From positions 1,427 to 65,426 of the forward strand of contig JAFVGW010000060.1 of NCBI GenBank assembly GCA_017474765.1: 64,000 nucleotides of DNA. The letters run 5' to 3'. This document shows, piece after piece, positions 9,425 through 17,544 of the stretch; position 1 is the stretch's first letter, and each line of letters opens with the position of its first letter. The notes under the pieces are model-generated. The model was not told where the DNA came from, searched no databases, and saw only the letters and a program-made list of their open reading frames with translations. The DNA comes from Salinivirgaceae bacterium. Its GTDB lineage: Bacteria > Bacteroidota > Bacteroidia > Bacteroidales > SZUA-534. Made by a program: the position numbers and the translations under genes.

Positions 9425-9835
9425 TCAAACTGCCCAATCTTCGACCTTAAGACCGTCGATGCGGTTGAAATGTTTTAAGTTGTGGGTCACAACAATCATA
9501 TCGGCTTCGCGCGCTGTTATGCCAATCATCAAATCAAAATCTTCAATAACCAAACCGTTATTTTCCAGCCGTATTTTCTCGCGGCTGAAGGCTTCGGGAA
9601 TCTCATCAATGCCGACCACGGTAAAATAGTCGGTCAGCATTTTTGCTTTTGCAATTTCCTGTTCGCGATAGTTGTCAGGTGAGTTATATGCGCCATATAG
9701 CAATTCAATGGCAGTGATGACCGATATGCAGCACAATTGGTTTTTCTCGATGCATTGTTGGCGGACGCGCTGATTGCCGCGTAGCAATTCAATACAAGTG
9801 GAAGTTTCCAAAAGATACTTGAACGTAGCCATCAA
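9425..9835 (-). CDS. vapC: PIN-domain toxin, VapC family
   Basis: A 136-aa protein with PIN-like segments YLLETSTCIELL, ISVITAIELLYGA and DFDLMIGITA...VVTHNLKHF. Its start abuts the stop of the upstream small gene. Confidence 0.8.
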   Translation of the reverse strand: MMATFKYLLETSTCIELLRGNQRVRQQCIEKNQLCCISVITAIELLYGAYNSPDNYREQEIAKAKMLTDYFTVVGIDEIPEAFSREKIRLENNGLVIEDFDLMIGITAREADMIVVTHNLKHFNRIDGLKVEDWAV

Positions 9836-10075
9836 TCAGAATTTTGGATAGGTGTTTTCTGTGCGTTTGGCACGAATCTGTTCCATTATTTCATCCGTTG
9901 AACGGGGGTCACTGCTCCAACCGCCGAAAAAGCGGTCAATTTCTGACGCCACCCGCAGGCGGCGGTCAGTTTCGGTCTCGTTGACGCTCTCGCTCAAACG
10001 GCGCGATAATGCGAGCCGCTCGCTTGCCGACAGACGCTGTGCCTGACTCCAAATGCTGTCAACTGTTATTCCCAT
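9836..10075 (-). CDS. Antitoxin (addiction-module component-like) paired with VapC
   Basis: A 79-aa acidic/basic helical protein. Its TGA stop at 9838-9836 is immediately adjacent to the vapC ATG at 9835. Confidence 0.65.
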   Translation of the reverse strand: MGITVDSIWSQAQRLSASERLALSRRLSESVNETETDRRLRVASEIDRFFGGWSSDPRSTDEIMEQIRAKRTENTYPKF

Positions 10076-10157
10076 AGTAGTAACACATTAAGTTTAAATT
10101 CAGTCTGCAAGATAGCAATTTTTTCAATTATAGCGCTTTAAGCGAAACAGCACCAGA

Positions 10158-11363
10158 TTACTTCGCCATCTTCTTCCTTCTGAACACCGTCAATAGCCCC
10201 AGAGTGACTGCGCCAACGGCCGCGCTGCACAGGGCCGCAAAAATGAAACTTCCGACAATGTACGGCAGCAGCGAGTGCTTGACGCTCTCGAGAGTGATGT
10301 TGCTCAAAGTCAACTCTAAAGGCACTTGCAGAATCTTGCAGCCAGTGAAATAACTGCCGTAAATCAGGAATGGCAGCATTGGCGGAATGCTGATGTTCGA
10401 TGCCACAAGCGTTAGTATCTTGTTGAGTTTCAGTAAATGAGCAATGGCAAATGCGATAATCATCTGGTAGCCCCAAATTGGCACAATGCCCATAAAAATG
10501 CCCAGCATCACTGCGGCGGTGATGCGCAGATTCGAGTCGGGCGAGTGGGTTATGTTGTTGCTGATGAACCGTTTGATGTTCTCGCGTGTGAATTTGCGGC
10601 AGAAGTTGCGCGGATAAATCCAGAGTAGCGCAATCAGCACCAGTACTGTGTTCAGAATGCTGATGCGAGTGAAGTCGCGGCCAGGGCGGAAGTGCGAAAC
10701 GCGCTCACCTTCAGGCGGATAATAGACGTGAACAGGAATGTTTCTGACCGCAACACCGCCCCACGATGCAAACACCAGCGCTTCCAACTCAAACTCGTAT
10801 TTGGCTGTGTAGTACCATTTTTGCACATTCATTTGCGTCAGCGGGTAGAGCCTGTAGCCCGATTGCGTGTCGGGCAGGTTGACGCCCGTTTCAACCTTGA
10901 ACCAGAAATTCGAGAATTTGTTGGCGAAGGTGTTTTTGCCAGGCATATTGTCGGCCTGAATGTTGCGCGAGCCAACCAAAAGATTGTCAGGCGTCTGCTC
11001 AATCTCGCCTACAAACGTCGGAATGTCCGATGCAAAGTGTTGCCCGTCGCTGTCGATGGTGATGGCGTAGCGGAAACCGTCGGCTTTGGCCTTGCACAAA
11101 CCGTTTTTCAGAGCCGTTCCCTTACCGCGGTTGCGCTCGTGAGTCAGAATCTCGATACCATCTATCTTACTCAGAATCTGCGCTGTATCGTCAGTCGAGC
11201 CGTCGTTGACAACGATAACGTGGTTGGCATACTGCTTCACATCGGCCACCACCTGCCCTATGGTCTTGCAGTTGTTGTACGTCGGTATCACAACCACAAT
11301 ATTGAGTCTGTCGAGCGCCGCGCGCCAATTGGTATCGGTTCCGTTCTGATTCATAGCGGGCAA
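10158..11363 (-). CDS. Family 2 glycosyltransferase with C-terminal DUF2062-like membrane domain
   Basis: GT2 motifs are VVIPTYNN and VVNDGSTDDT. The C-terminal ~150 aa are hydrophobic (IVPIWGYQMIIAFAIAHLLKLNKILTLVASNISIPPMLPF). Confidence 0.85.
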   Translation of the reverse strand: MPAMNQNGTDTNWRAALDRLNIVVVIPTYNNCKTIGQVVADVKQYANHVIVVNDGSTDDTAQILSKIDGIEILTHERNRGKGTALKNGLCKAKADGFRYAITIDSDGQHFASDIPTFVGEIEQTPDNLLVGSRNIQADNMPGKNTFANKFSNFWFKVETGVNLPDTQSGYRLYPLTQMNVQKWYYTAKYEFELEALVFASWGGVAVRNIPVHVYYPPEGERVSHFRPGRDFTRISILNTVLVLIALLWIYPRNFCRKFTRENIKRFISNNITHSPDSNLRITAAVMLGIFMGIVPIWGYQMIIAFAIAHLLKLNKILTLVASNISIPPMLPFLIYGSYFTGCKILQVPLELTLSNITLESVKHSLLPYIVGSFIFAALCSAAVGAVTLGLLTVFRRKKMAK

Positions 11364-11375
11364 AGGTAATTATTT

Positions 11376-11495
11376 TAGGCAATAGGCAGCAGGCACTAGG
11401 CATTAGGATTTAGTAGCGGCGAGTCTGTCTGTTGTCTGAAGTCCGTTGTCCGTAGTCCAAAAAACTAAACTTCTTACCTTCTAAACTCTAAACCT
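11376..11495 (+). repeat. Modular word-repeat spacer: TAGGCA/TTAGGA block, GTCTGAAGTCC block, CTAAAC block
   Basis: TTAGGCAATAGGCAGCAGGCACTAGGCATTAGGATTTAG lies at 11376-11412. GAGTCTGTCTGTTGTCTGAAGTCCGTTGTCCGTAGTCC lies at 11421-11458. AAAAAACTAAACTTCTTACCTTCTAAACTCTAAACC lies at 11459-11495. Confidence 0.9.
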
Positions 11496-11590
11496 TTCAA
11501 TTCAGCAATAATAATTACTTTTGTAACACGTATGTTGGCTGCCTTGCTAAGGCGCAATGGCAATCAACTTGTCAGAAATACAATGAAATA

Positions 11591-12889
11591 ATGATTGTAA
11601 AAGATTCTAAAATTCAGTTTAAAACGCCAGCCGAAATCAAGGCTTTTCAGGAAGCGCGGCTGGCCGAAGCGTTGGCCTACCTGCAGGCACACTCAAAATT
11701 TTACCAGCGGATGTTTGCCGATAACCATATCGACATCAGCAAGATACGCACCATTGAAGACCTGCGGCAGATTCCCGTCACTACTAAAACCGACCTTCAG
11801 ATGCACAACGATGAGTTCCTGTGTGTCGACAAGGCTGATGTCATCGACTACGTAACCACATCGGGCACAATGGGCAATCCCGTCACGTTCGCCCTGACAA
11901 ATAACGACCTCGACCGTTTGGCCTACAACGAGTATCTGTCGTTCACCACGGCTGGGCTCACCCGCAACGACATTATGCAGGAAATGGTCACCATCGACCG
12001 CCGTTTTATGGCTGGTCTGGCCTACTTCCTCGGCTGCCGCGAAGTGGGAATGGGCGTCTCGCGGGTGGGCAACGGAATCCCCGAACTGCAATGGGACACT
12101 ATCAACCGCATCCACCCAACGTGCTGTATGTGCGTGCCGTCGTTTCTTATCAAGTTGGCCGATTTTGCCGAGAAGAACGGCATCGACCATCATAAATCGA
12201 GCCTGAAAAAGTGCATCTGCATTGGCGAAGCGCTCTACAAACCCGACGGAACCTACACCACACTCGGCCAGCGCATCAACGAGAAGTGGCCCGAGCTGAA
12301 ACTGCACACCACCTACGCCAGCACCGAGATGCAGTCGTCGTTCACCGATTGCGACCAGTACAACGGCGGACACTTGCAGCCCGAACTCATCATTGTTGAG
12401 TTCCTTGACGAGAACAACCAGCCCGTGGCTGACAACGAGCCAGGCGAAGTCACCATCACATCGCTCGGCGTTGAAGGTATGCCGCTGCTGCGATTCAAGA
12501 CGGGCGACGTGTGCTACCACTACAACGAGCCTTGCCGCTGCGGCCGCAACACAATGCGCCTCAGTTCGGTAATCGGCCGCAAGGGTCAGATGATAAAATA
12601 CAAAGGCACAACACTTTATCCGCCCGCACTGTTCGACATTCTGGACGGAATCCACGATGTGAAGAACTACGTGGTTGAGGTGTTCACCAACGAGCTGGGC
12701 ACCGACGACATCAAGGTGCGCATCGGCTCAACTCGTTCCGACGAAGCCTATGCAAAGGAAATCAAGGACATTTTCCGTTCGAAGGTGCGTGTGGCGCCGT
12801 CCATCAGTTTCGAGTCGCCAGAGTACATCAACAAACTGCTCTACCCCGAAATGAGCCGCAAACCGGTGAAATTCTACGATTTAAGGTGA
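11591..12889 (+). CDS. Phenylacetate-CoA ligase family (PaaK / coenzyme F390 synthetase-like) adenylating enzyme
   Basis: A 432-aa protein. It has the adenylation P-loop-like motif TTSGTMGNPV and PaaK-like length and layout. Confidence 0.8.
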   Translation: MIVKDSKIQFKTPAEIKAFQEARLAEALAYLQAHSKFYQRMFADNHIDISKIRTIEDLRQIPVTTKTDLQMHNDEFLCVDKADVIDYVTTSGTMGNPVTFALTNNDLDRLAYNEYLSFTTAGLTRNDIMQEMVTIDRRFMAGLAYFLGCREVGMGVSRVGNGIPELQWDTINRIHPTCCMCVPSFLIKLADFAEKNGIDHHKSSLKKCICIGEALYKPDGTYTTLGQRINEKWPELKLHTTYASTEMQSSFTDCDQYNGGHLQPELIIVEFLDENNQPVADNEPGEVTITSLGVEGMPLLRFKTGDVCYHYNEPCRCGRNTMRLSSVIGRKGQMIKYKGTTLYPPALFDILDGIHDVKNYVVEVFTNELGTDDIKVRIGSTRSDEAYAKEIKDIFRSKVRVAPSISFESPEYINKLLYPEMSRKPVKFYDLR

Positions 12890-12967
12890 GTTATAAGTAG
12901 TAAGTTATAAAAGTTATAAGTTTTTGGATGGAAGATGTCTGTAGTCTGACGTCCGTTGTCTGAAGTC
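12890..12967 (+). repeat. Word-repeat spacer: TTATAAG block then GTCTGAAGTC block
   Basis: GTTATAAGTAGTAAGTTATAAAAGTTATAAGT is followed by GATGTCTGTAGTCTGACGTCCGTTGTCTGAAGTC, then an A-run and the ATG at 12978. Confidence 0.9.
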
Positions 12968-12977
12968 AAAAAAAGAT

Positions 12978-13574
12978 ATGAAACGAATTGTATTATCATT
13001 GGCAATGGTGGCCGCATTGGTTCTTTCGGCTGCCGCACAGAAAAAAACAAGTCCGCTGGCTGGTTTGGGCGGTATGATTTTCTATGGCATCGATTTCTCG
13101 AAAGGCCGTGTTTATGGCGCGGCTGATGAGCCTGAAAAGTTGCGCAAAGCGTTCGGTGACATCAATATGCTGTTCATTATGGAACCAGAGAAATACGATG
13201 TAGCCAAGTTTGTCGGCAAGCCGATGAACGACATCCGCATCGACGCCGTCACCAATATGAACGACACCATTCCGCTCGATTCCATCAAGACCGTGGTGAA
13301 GGGACACACCTTGAGCGACACGGTTATTGCGCAGAGTGTCAAAGATTTGAGTATTGTAAGTTATGAGCACGGAATGGGCCTGGTGATGATAATGGAAACT
13401 CTCAACAAGCCCGCCGAACTAGGTACTTTTGCGTTTGTTCTGTTCGATATTGACACGCGTAAAGTTATCAGCCATTGGAAGTTAAGCGGCCAACCAGGCG
13501 GCTTTGGCTTGCGCAACTATTGGGCCCGCTCGGTTTACGAGGCGCTTGAGAAGGTGAAGACTTACAAGGAGTAA
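12978..13574 (+). CDS. Hypothetical secreted protein
   Basis: A 198-aa protein with signal peptide MKRIVLSLAMVAALVLSAAAQ. No motif recognised. Confidence 0.65.
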   Translation: MKRIVLSLAMVAALVLSAAAQKKTSPLAGLGGMIFYGIDFSKGRVYGAADEPEKLRKAFGDINMLFIMEPEKYDVAKFVGKPMNDIRIDAVTNMNDTIPLDSIKTVVKGHTLSDTVIAQSVKDLSIVSYEHGMGLVMIMETLNKPAELGTFAFVLFDIDTRKVISHWKLSGQPGGFGLRNYWARSVYEALEKVKTYKE

Positions 13575-13586
13575 AACAACCTAAAG

Positions 13587-14162
13587 CTAAAACTTAAACG
13601 TGAACCCCATATTCAGCAGATGGCCGTTGTTTGCCATAAGCTCGAAGCTGGATGTGGTGTGGTCCGTGTCCTTGTTTTTGGTGTGTGAATAATTAACTCC
13701 CAGCACATTTGCAAAAATGTCGAAATCCCAACGGTCGTTTATTTCGACTGTAAGCACGGGCAGCAACTCAAGCTTGACGCTTCGCTCGCTGTCGGCAAAT
13801 CCGAACACCGAGATGGCTTCGGCACCAAAGATTAATCTGCCAGCCTGAAGAATATCATAATGCAGATAAGGCTCTATGGCATAGGCCGATTCCGACTCTG
13901 TGCTTTTGTGGCCGTCTGTCCAAACCGATGTTTTGCTGCGGCTGTAGCCGAACCCCACACCAACTTCCCAGCTTCCCATCACGTATCCAACTGACGGCAC
14001 AACTTCAAAACTGAATGATGACGATTCCTTGTCGCCATTGTTAGCGCTATTTTCCGATACAATGCCAGCGGTTCCGCTAACCACAAACTGTGCGTTAGCT
14101 TCCTTTGTCAGCAACATAATGGCTGCGGCAAAAATTGTTGATGCAAAAAACAGGTTCTTCAT
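13587..14162 (-). CDS. Small outer-membrane beta-barrel protein (porin family-like)
   Basis: It has a signal peptide ending ANAQ, alternating Gly/aromatic beta-strand pattern, and a C-terminal GFTFKF with terminal Phe. Confidence 0.7.
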   Translation of the reverse strand: MKNLFFASTIFAAAIMLLTKEANAQFVVSGTAGIVSENSANNGDKESSSFSFEVVPSVGYVMGSWEVGVGFGYSRSKTSVWTDGHKSTESESAYAIEPYLHYDILQAGRLIFGAEAISVFGFADSERSVKLELLPVLTVEINDRWDFDIFANVLGVNYSHTKNKDTDHTTSSFELMANNGHLLNMGFTFKF

Positions 14163-14168
14163 ACTTTA

Positions 14169-14345
14169 TTGTTTAATTGGTGAACTGTTTAATCGGTGAA
14201 TCGATTGTTTGACAACGGACTTCAGACAACAGACTGTGGACTCAGCACATTCCTAGTGCCTAATGCCCAGTGCCTAATGCCTAAAATCCAACCTCCAATA
14301 CCATTTACAAATATCTAACTTCCAACTCCTAATACCTACATCCTA
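14169..14345 (-). repeat. Tripartite word-repeat spacer (sense on minus strand): TTAGGAG/TAGGCA block, GTCTGAAGTCC block, GATTCACC..ATTAAACAA block
   Basis: The minus strand reads the TTAGGAGTTAGGATGTAGG...TAGGCATTAGGCAC block at 14345-14251. GAGTCCACAGTCTGTTGTCTGAAGTCCGTTGTC follows at 14246-14209. AAACAATCGATTCACCGATTAAACAGTTCACCAATTAAACAA follows at 14211-14169, 6 nt before the ATG at 14162. Confidence 0.9.
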
Positions 14346-15428
14346 ACTCCTAACTTCCGCTTCCTTCTTCGGGAAAAGCAGCGAGAGCACAATGCTCAGC
14401 GTGATGATCCCCAGAATGACATAGAGCGAGTGCACCGAGCTGAAGCCAATCTCGTCGAGCCAATGATGGAAAAGCAGCTTGGCGCCCACAAAGAGCAGCA
14501 GCACGGCAACGCCCTGTTTCAGATAGCAGAACTTGTCAACCGCGCCCGAGAGCATAAAGAACAGCGACCGCAGTCCGATGATTGCGAAGATGTTCGAGAA
14601 GAACACCACATAGGGGTCGCAAGTGACTGAGAATATGGCGGGTATGCTGTCGAAGGCGAAAATCAGGTCGGTGAACTCAATGGTTATTACCACAATGAGC
14701 AGCGGCGTGATGAAGAGTTTGTGCCGATGGTCGCGGATGAAGAAGCGGCCATTTACATAGCGCGGATAGACGCTGAAATGCTTCGACAGGAACTTCACCA
14801 ACTTATGGTCACGCGGGTCGGCATTGGTATTGTCCTCTTCTTTCTTGAAGAACATTTTCACACCCATGTAAGCCAGATAGACGCCGAAAACGAGCAGAAT
14901 CCAGTTGAACTTCTGAATGAGCGTTGAGCCCAGGAAGATGAATGTGAACCGCAGAACGATGGCGCCCATAATGCCCCAGAAAAGCACAGATTTGTAATCT
15001 TTCTTGCGCACTCCGAAGCCCGTGAGCAGCATCAGCATCACAAAAAGGTTGTCGATGGAGAGCGTCTCCTCAATCAGGTATCCCGAAAGGAAATCGATTG
15101 ACATACTGTGCTGATACTGACTGATGGCCGACTCGATGGTGAGTCCGTTGGCCATAGCCTGCTCGAGCGGCAGCCCGTCGTACTTGAAACTCAGGCCGTA
15201 TTTCTGCGTCACGTGCAGCAGTTCGTCGAACGAGTCGATGCCGTGGACCAGATGGCCGTCGAACCTGAGAAACAGGAAGAACCCGAGCGCTAGCGTCACC
15301 CACACCACCGTCCACACCGAAGCCTCTTTGATGCTTACCACGTGGTGCCCGCGTCCCACGCACAGAAGGTCAAACATCAGCACACCAATAATAAACGCAA
15401 TGAATATCAGCAGAAAAAGATTGTCCAT
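14343..15428 (-). CDS. TerC/Alx family integral membrane protein
   Basis: A 361-aa polytopic protein with the TerC-type motif EETLSIDNLFVMLML and a second repeat EFTDLIFAFDSIPAIF. Confidence 0.85.
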   Translation of the reverse strand: MDNLFLLIFIAFIIGVLMFDLLCVGRGHHVVSIKEASVWTVVWVTLALGFFLFLRFDGHLVHGIDSFDELLHVTQKYGLSFKYDGLPLEQAMANGLTIESAISQYQHSMSIDFLSGYLIEETLSIDNLFVMLMLLTGFGVRKKDYKSVLFWGIMGAIVLRFTFIFLGSTLIQKFNWILLVFGVYLAYMGVKMFFKKEEDNTNADPRDHKLVKFLSKHFSVYPRYVNGRFFIRDHRHKLFITPLLIVVITIEFTDLIFAFDSIPAIFSVTCDPYVVFFSNIFAIIGLRSLFFMLSGAVDKFCYLKQGVAVLLLFVGAKLLFHHWLDEIGFSSVHSLYVILGIITLSIVLSLLFPKKEAEVRS

Positions 15429-15586
15429 AATTTGAAAATGTGTTTTTAAAAGTGCCGCAAGTTTAAGAAAAATTTAGCGAATCGGCTAACGGGAGAATAG
15501 TCGATTCAGCCGCCAAATTCAGCCAATCATCGATAAACTGAATAATAACAGCAGAAAAGCCGTACCTTAGTGCAAAATTTTTGAAT

Positions 15587-16276
15587 ATGAAAAAGTTAAT
15601 TGTCGCATTAGCAATGCTGCCGATGGCCACCATGGCTCAAAACGGTGGCCAGGGTGAGCCGTTCAATGGTATGATTGTGGATATAAATGGTGCGCCTGTC
15701 AAGCGGGCTCGCATTTATGTTACCACCCCCAACCGCTACGCGCTTACTGACCGCAAGGGGCGCTTCGGCTTGACCAATGTTCAGCCAACCGACACGCTGC
15801 ACGTCAATTGGAACGGCGTGCAGTATGCCATTCCTGTTGACAACCGCAAGGGCATCCGAATCCGTCTGGCTCAAACTCAGTATGTTGCAGAGAACGACGA
15901 TGAGCTGGTGAGCATCGGCTACGACTATGTGAGTACGCGTGAGCGATTCAACGCCAGCACAACCATCACGGGCGAAGAACTGGTGCGCACCAACCGCTAC
16001 GACCTTGTCGAGGCTTTGCAGGGATTGGTTCCAAGCCTTAGAATTTCCCAGGGCAATTTTGGAGAGGGCGCAACGGCCAATATCCGCAATTCGGTGTCAA
16101 TCAGCGGTCCGACAGAGCCATTGTATGTTGTCGACGGGTTGATTGTTGAGTCGTTGTTCGGAATCAATGTCCACACTGTCGACCATGTTGATATTCTGAA
16201 AGACGCCAACATTTACGGTGCGCGTGGGGGTAATGGCGCAATTGTGGTTTACACCAAACGTGGCGGCACTAAGTAA
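15587..16276 (+). CDS. Stand-alone carboxypeptidase-regulatory-like + TonB-dependent-receptor plug domain protein
   Basis: It has a signal peptide, then GMIVDINGAPVKRARIYV...TDRKGRFGL (CarbopepD_reg-like). The plug segment is ITGEEL...DLVEALQGLVPSL...PLYVVDGL...VDHVDILKDANIYGARGGNGAIVVYTKRG. No barrel follows. The ORF track start at 15581 is TTG, so I use the ATG at 15587. Confidence 0.7.
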   Translation: MKKLIVALAMLPMATMAQNGGQGEPFNGMIVDINGAPVKRARIYVTTPNRYALTDRKGRFGLTNVQPTDTLHVNWNGVQYAIPVDNRKGIRIRLAQTQYVAENDDELVSIGYDYVSTRERFNASTTITGEELVRTNRYDLVEALQGLVPSLRISQGNFGEGATANIRNSVSISGPTEPLYVVDGLIVESLFGINVHTVDHVDILKDANIYGARGGNGAIVVYTKRGGTK

Positions 16277-16710
16277 TGAGTTTTTCGACGAAAATTTTCG
16301 GCAAGACTGACAGCACTGGCATCCAGATGGCGCGTAATGTCTGTGTTGAGATTGTGCGCTATCTGACCAATATTGGGATTCTCTGGTATCTGAACGAGTA
16401 TCTGCTTGGTCCGAAGTGGCTTGCTGTGTCAACTTTTGTGGCTTCTCTGCTGTCGGGGCTTGTCAATTATGCGCTTTGCTCGATTTGGGTATTTCACAAG
16501 AAGAGGGAGAGTGCCGGGCGCGGACTTTTGAAATTTGCAGTTTTCACCCTCATCGGTGCTGCCGGATTAGCAATAAATATAGGCATAACAACTTTGTTGA
16601 CAAACCGTTGCGGCGTTTACTATTTAATAAGCAACACCATTGCACAAGTCACTGTCTTCTTCTTTAATTTCTTTATGCGCAAGAAGATAGTGTTTGATCG
16701 TAATGCCTGA
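16276..16710 (+). CDS. GtrA family membrane protein
   Basis: A 144-aa protein with four predicted transmembrane segments and a GtrA-like end (QVTVFFFNFFMRKKIVF). Its start overlaps the upstream stop (TAATG). Confidence 0.7.
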   Translation: MSFSTKIFGKTDSTGIQMARNVCVEIVRYLTNIGILWYLNEYLLGPKWLAVSTFVASLLSGLVNYALCSIWVFHKKRESAGRGLLKFAVFTLIGAAGLAINIGITTLLTNRCGVYYLISNTIAQVTVFFFNFFMRKKIVFDRNA

Positions 16711-16741
16711 AAACGAGGTTTCAAGGTCGCTGTCGGAGCCG

Positions 16742-17482
16742 TTACTTCAGAATTTTCAGCAAGTCATCCTTTCTGAGTGGCGACACCACGACGCTTGAAC
16801 CATCGGTCATGATTACGTTGCCGCCATCTTCGTCGCTGATATACTTGGAGATGTGATTGGTGTTTATCAGGTGCAGTTTGTGGACGCGCAAAAACTTTTT
16901 ATCGGCAAACAGCTCCTCATAATCTTTGATGCCATTCGACGCTGTAATCTTGTCGCCGTTCTTCATAAAGACTTGAGTATTGTCGCCGTCGGCCTGGCAA
17001 CGCACAATGTCGTCGACCGTGACAAACTGAACGCCGCTGCCAGAGGGGAGTCCGATTTTTGTGAAGTTGTTCATGTTTGTCAGAAGTTCGTCGATTCGGT
17101 TGTCGCGCGACAGATTTTTTTGCTCAAGTTCGGCTTGAACCCGCTCCACTGCATTGACAAACTCGTCGGGGTCCACTGGTTTGAGAATATAGTCGGCTGC
17201 GCAGAACTTGATTGCTTTGAGTGCGAACTGGTCGAACGATGTTACAAAAATGACTTTGAAAGTGCGTTCAGGAAGCGCTTCGAGCAGATTGAACCCCGTA
17301 CCATCCTGCATTTGAATGTCGAGAAAAACAACATCAGGGCATTCTTTGCCGAGCAGCTCCAAGCCGCTTTTCACAGAATTGGCTTCGCCTATAACTTCAA
17401 TGTCATCGCAGTATAGCGACAAGTATTGATGAATTATATTGCGTCCGCTGTCTTCGTCGTCGATAATTGCAACTTTCATCAT
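16742..17482 (-). CDS. LytTR-family response regulator
   Basis: The receiver domain is MKVAIIDDE...DVVFLDIQM...KP and the C-terminal part is a LytTR DNA-binding domain. Confidence 0.9.
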   Translation of the reverse strand: MMKVAIIDDEDSGRNIIHQYLSLYCDDIEVIGEANSVKSGLELLGKECPDVVFLDIQMQDGTGFNLLEALPERTFKVIFVTSFDQFALKAIKFCAADYILKPVDPDEFVNAVERVQAELEQKNLSRDNRIDELLTNMNNFTKIGLPSGSGVQFVTVDDIVRCQADGDNTQVFMKNGDKITASNGIKDYEELFADKKFLRVHKLHLINTNHISKYISDEDGGNVIMTDGSSVVVSPLRKDDLLKILK

Positions 17483-17544
17483 GTTTTTATTTTAATGTTC
17501 AAAAATAGGAAAAGTTGTCATAAATCACAAATTGCTCCAATCAA

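Noticed and set aside
11376-14345. CRISPR array as an explanation for the short repeats
   Set aside because: The repeats are 6-9-nt degenerate words without constant 28-37-nt repeats alternating with unique spacers. No cas genes are present, and the blocks are under 130 nt.
15429-15580. Possible yybP-ykoY (manganese) riboswitch upstream of the terC-like gene
   Set aside because: TerC/Alx genes often carry this riboswitch. On the minus strand, however, I find neither the conserved GGGGAGUAG nor the GUCAGGAGAC-type segments, nor a four-way-junction-like pairing.
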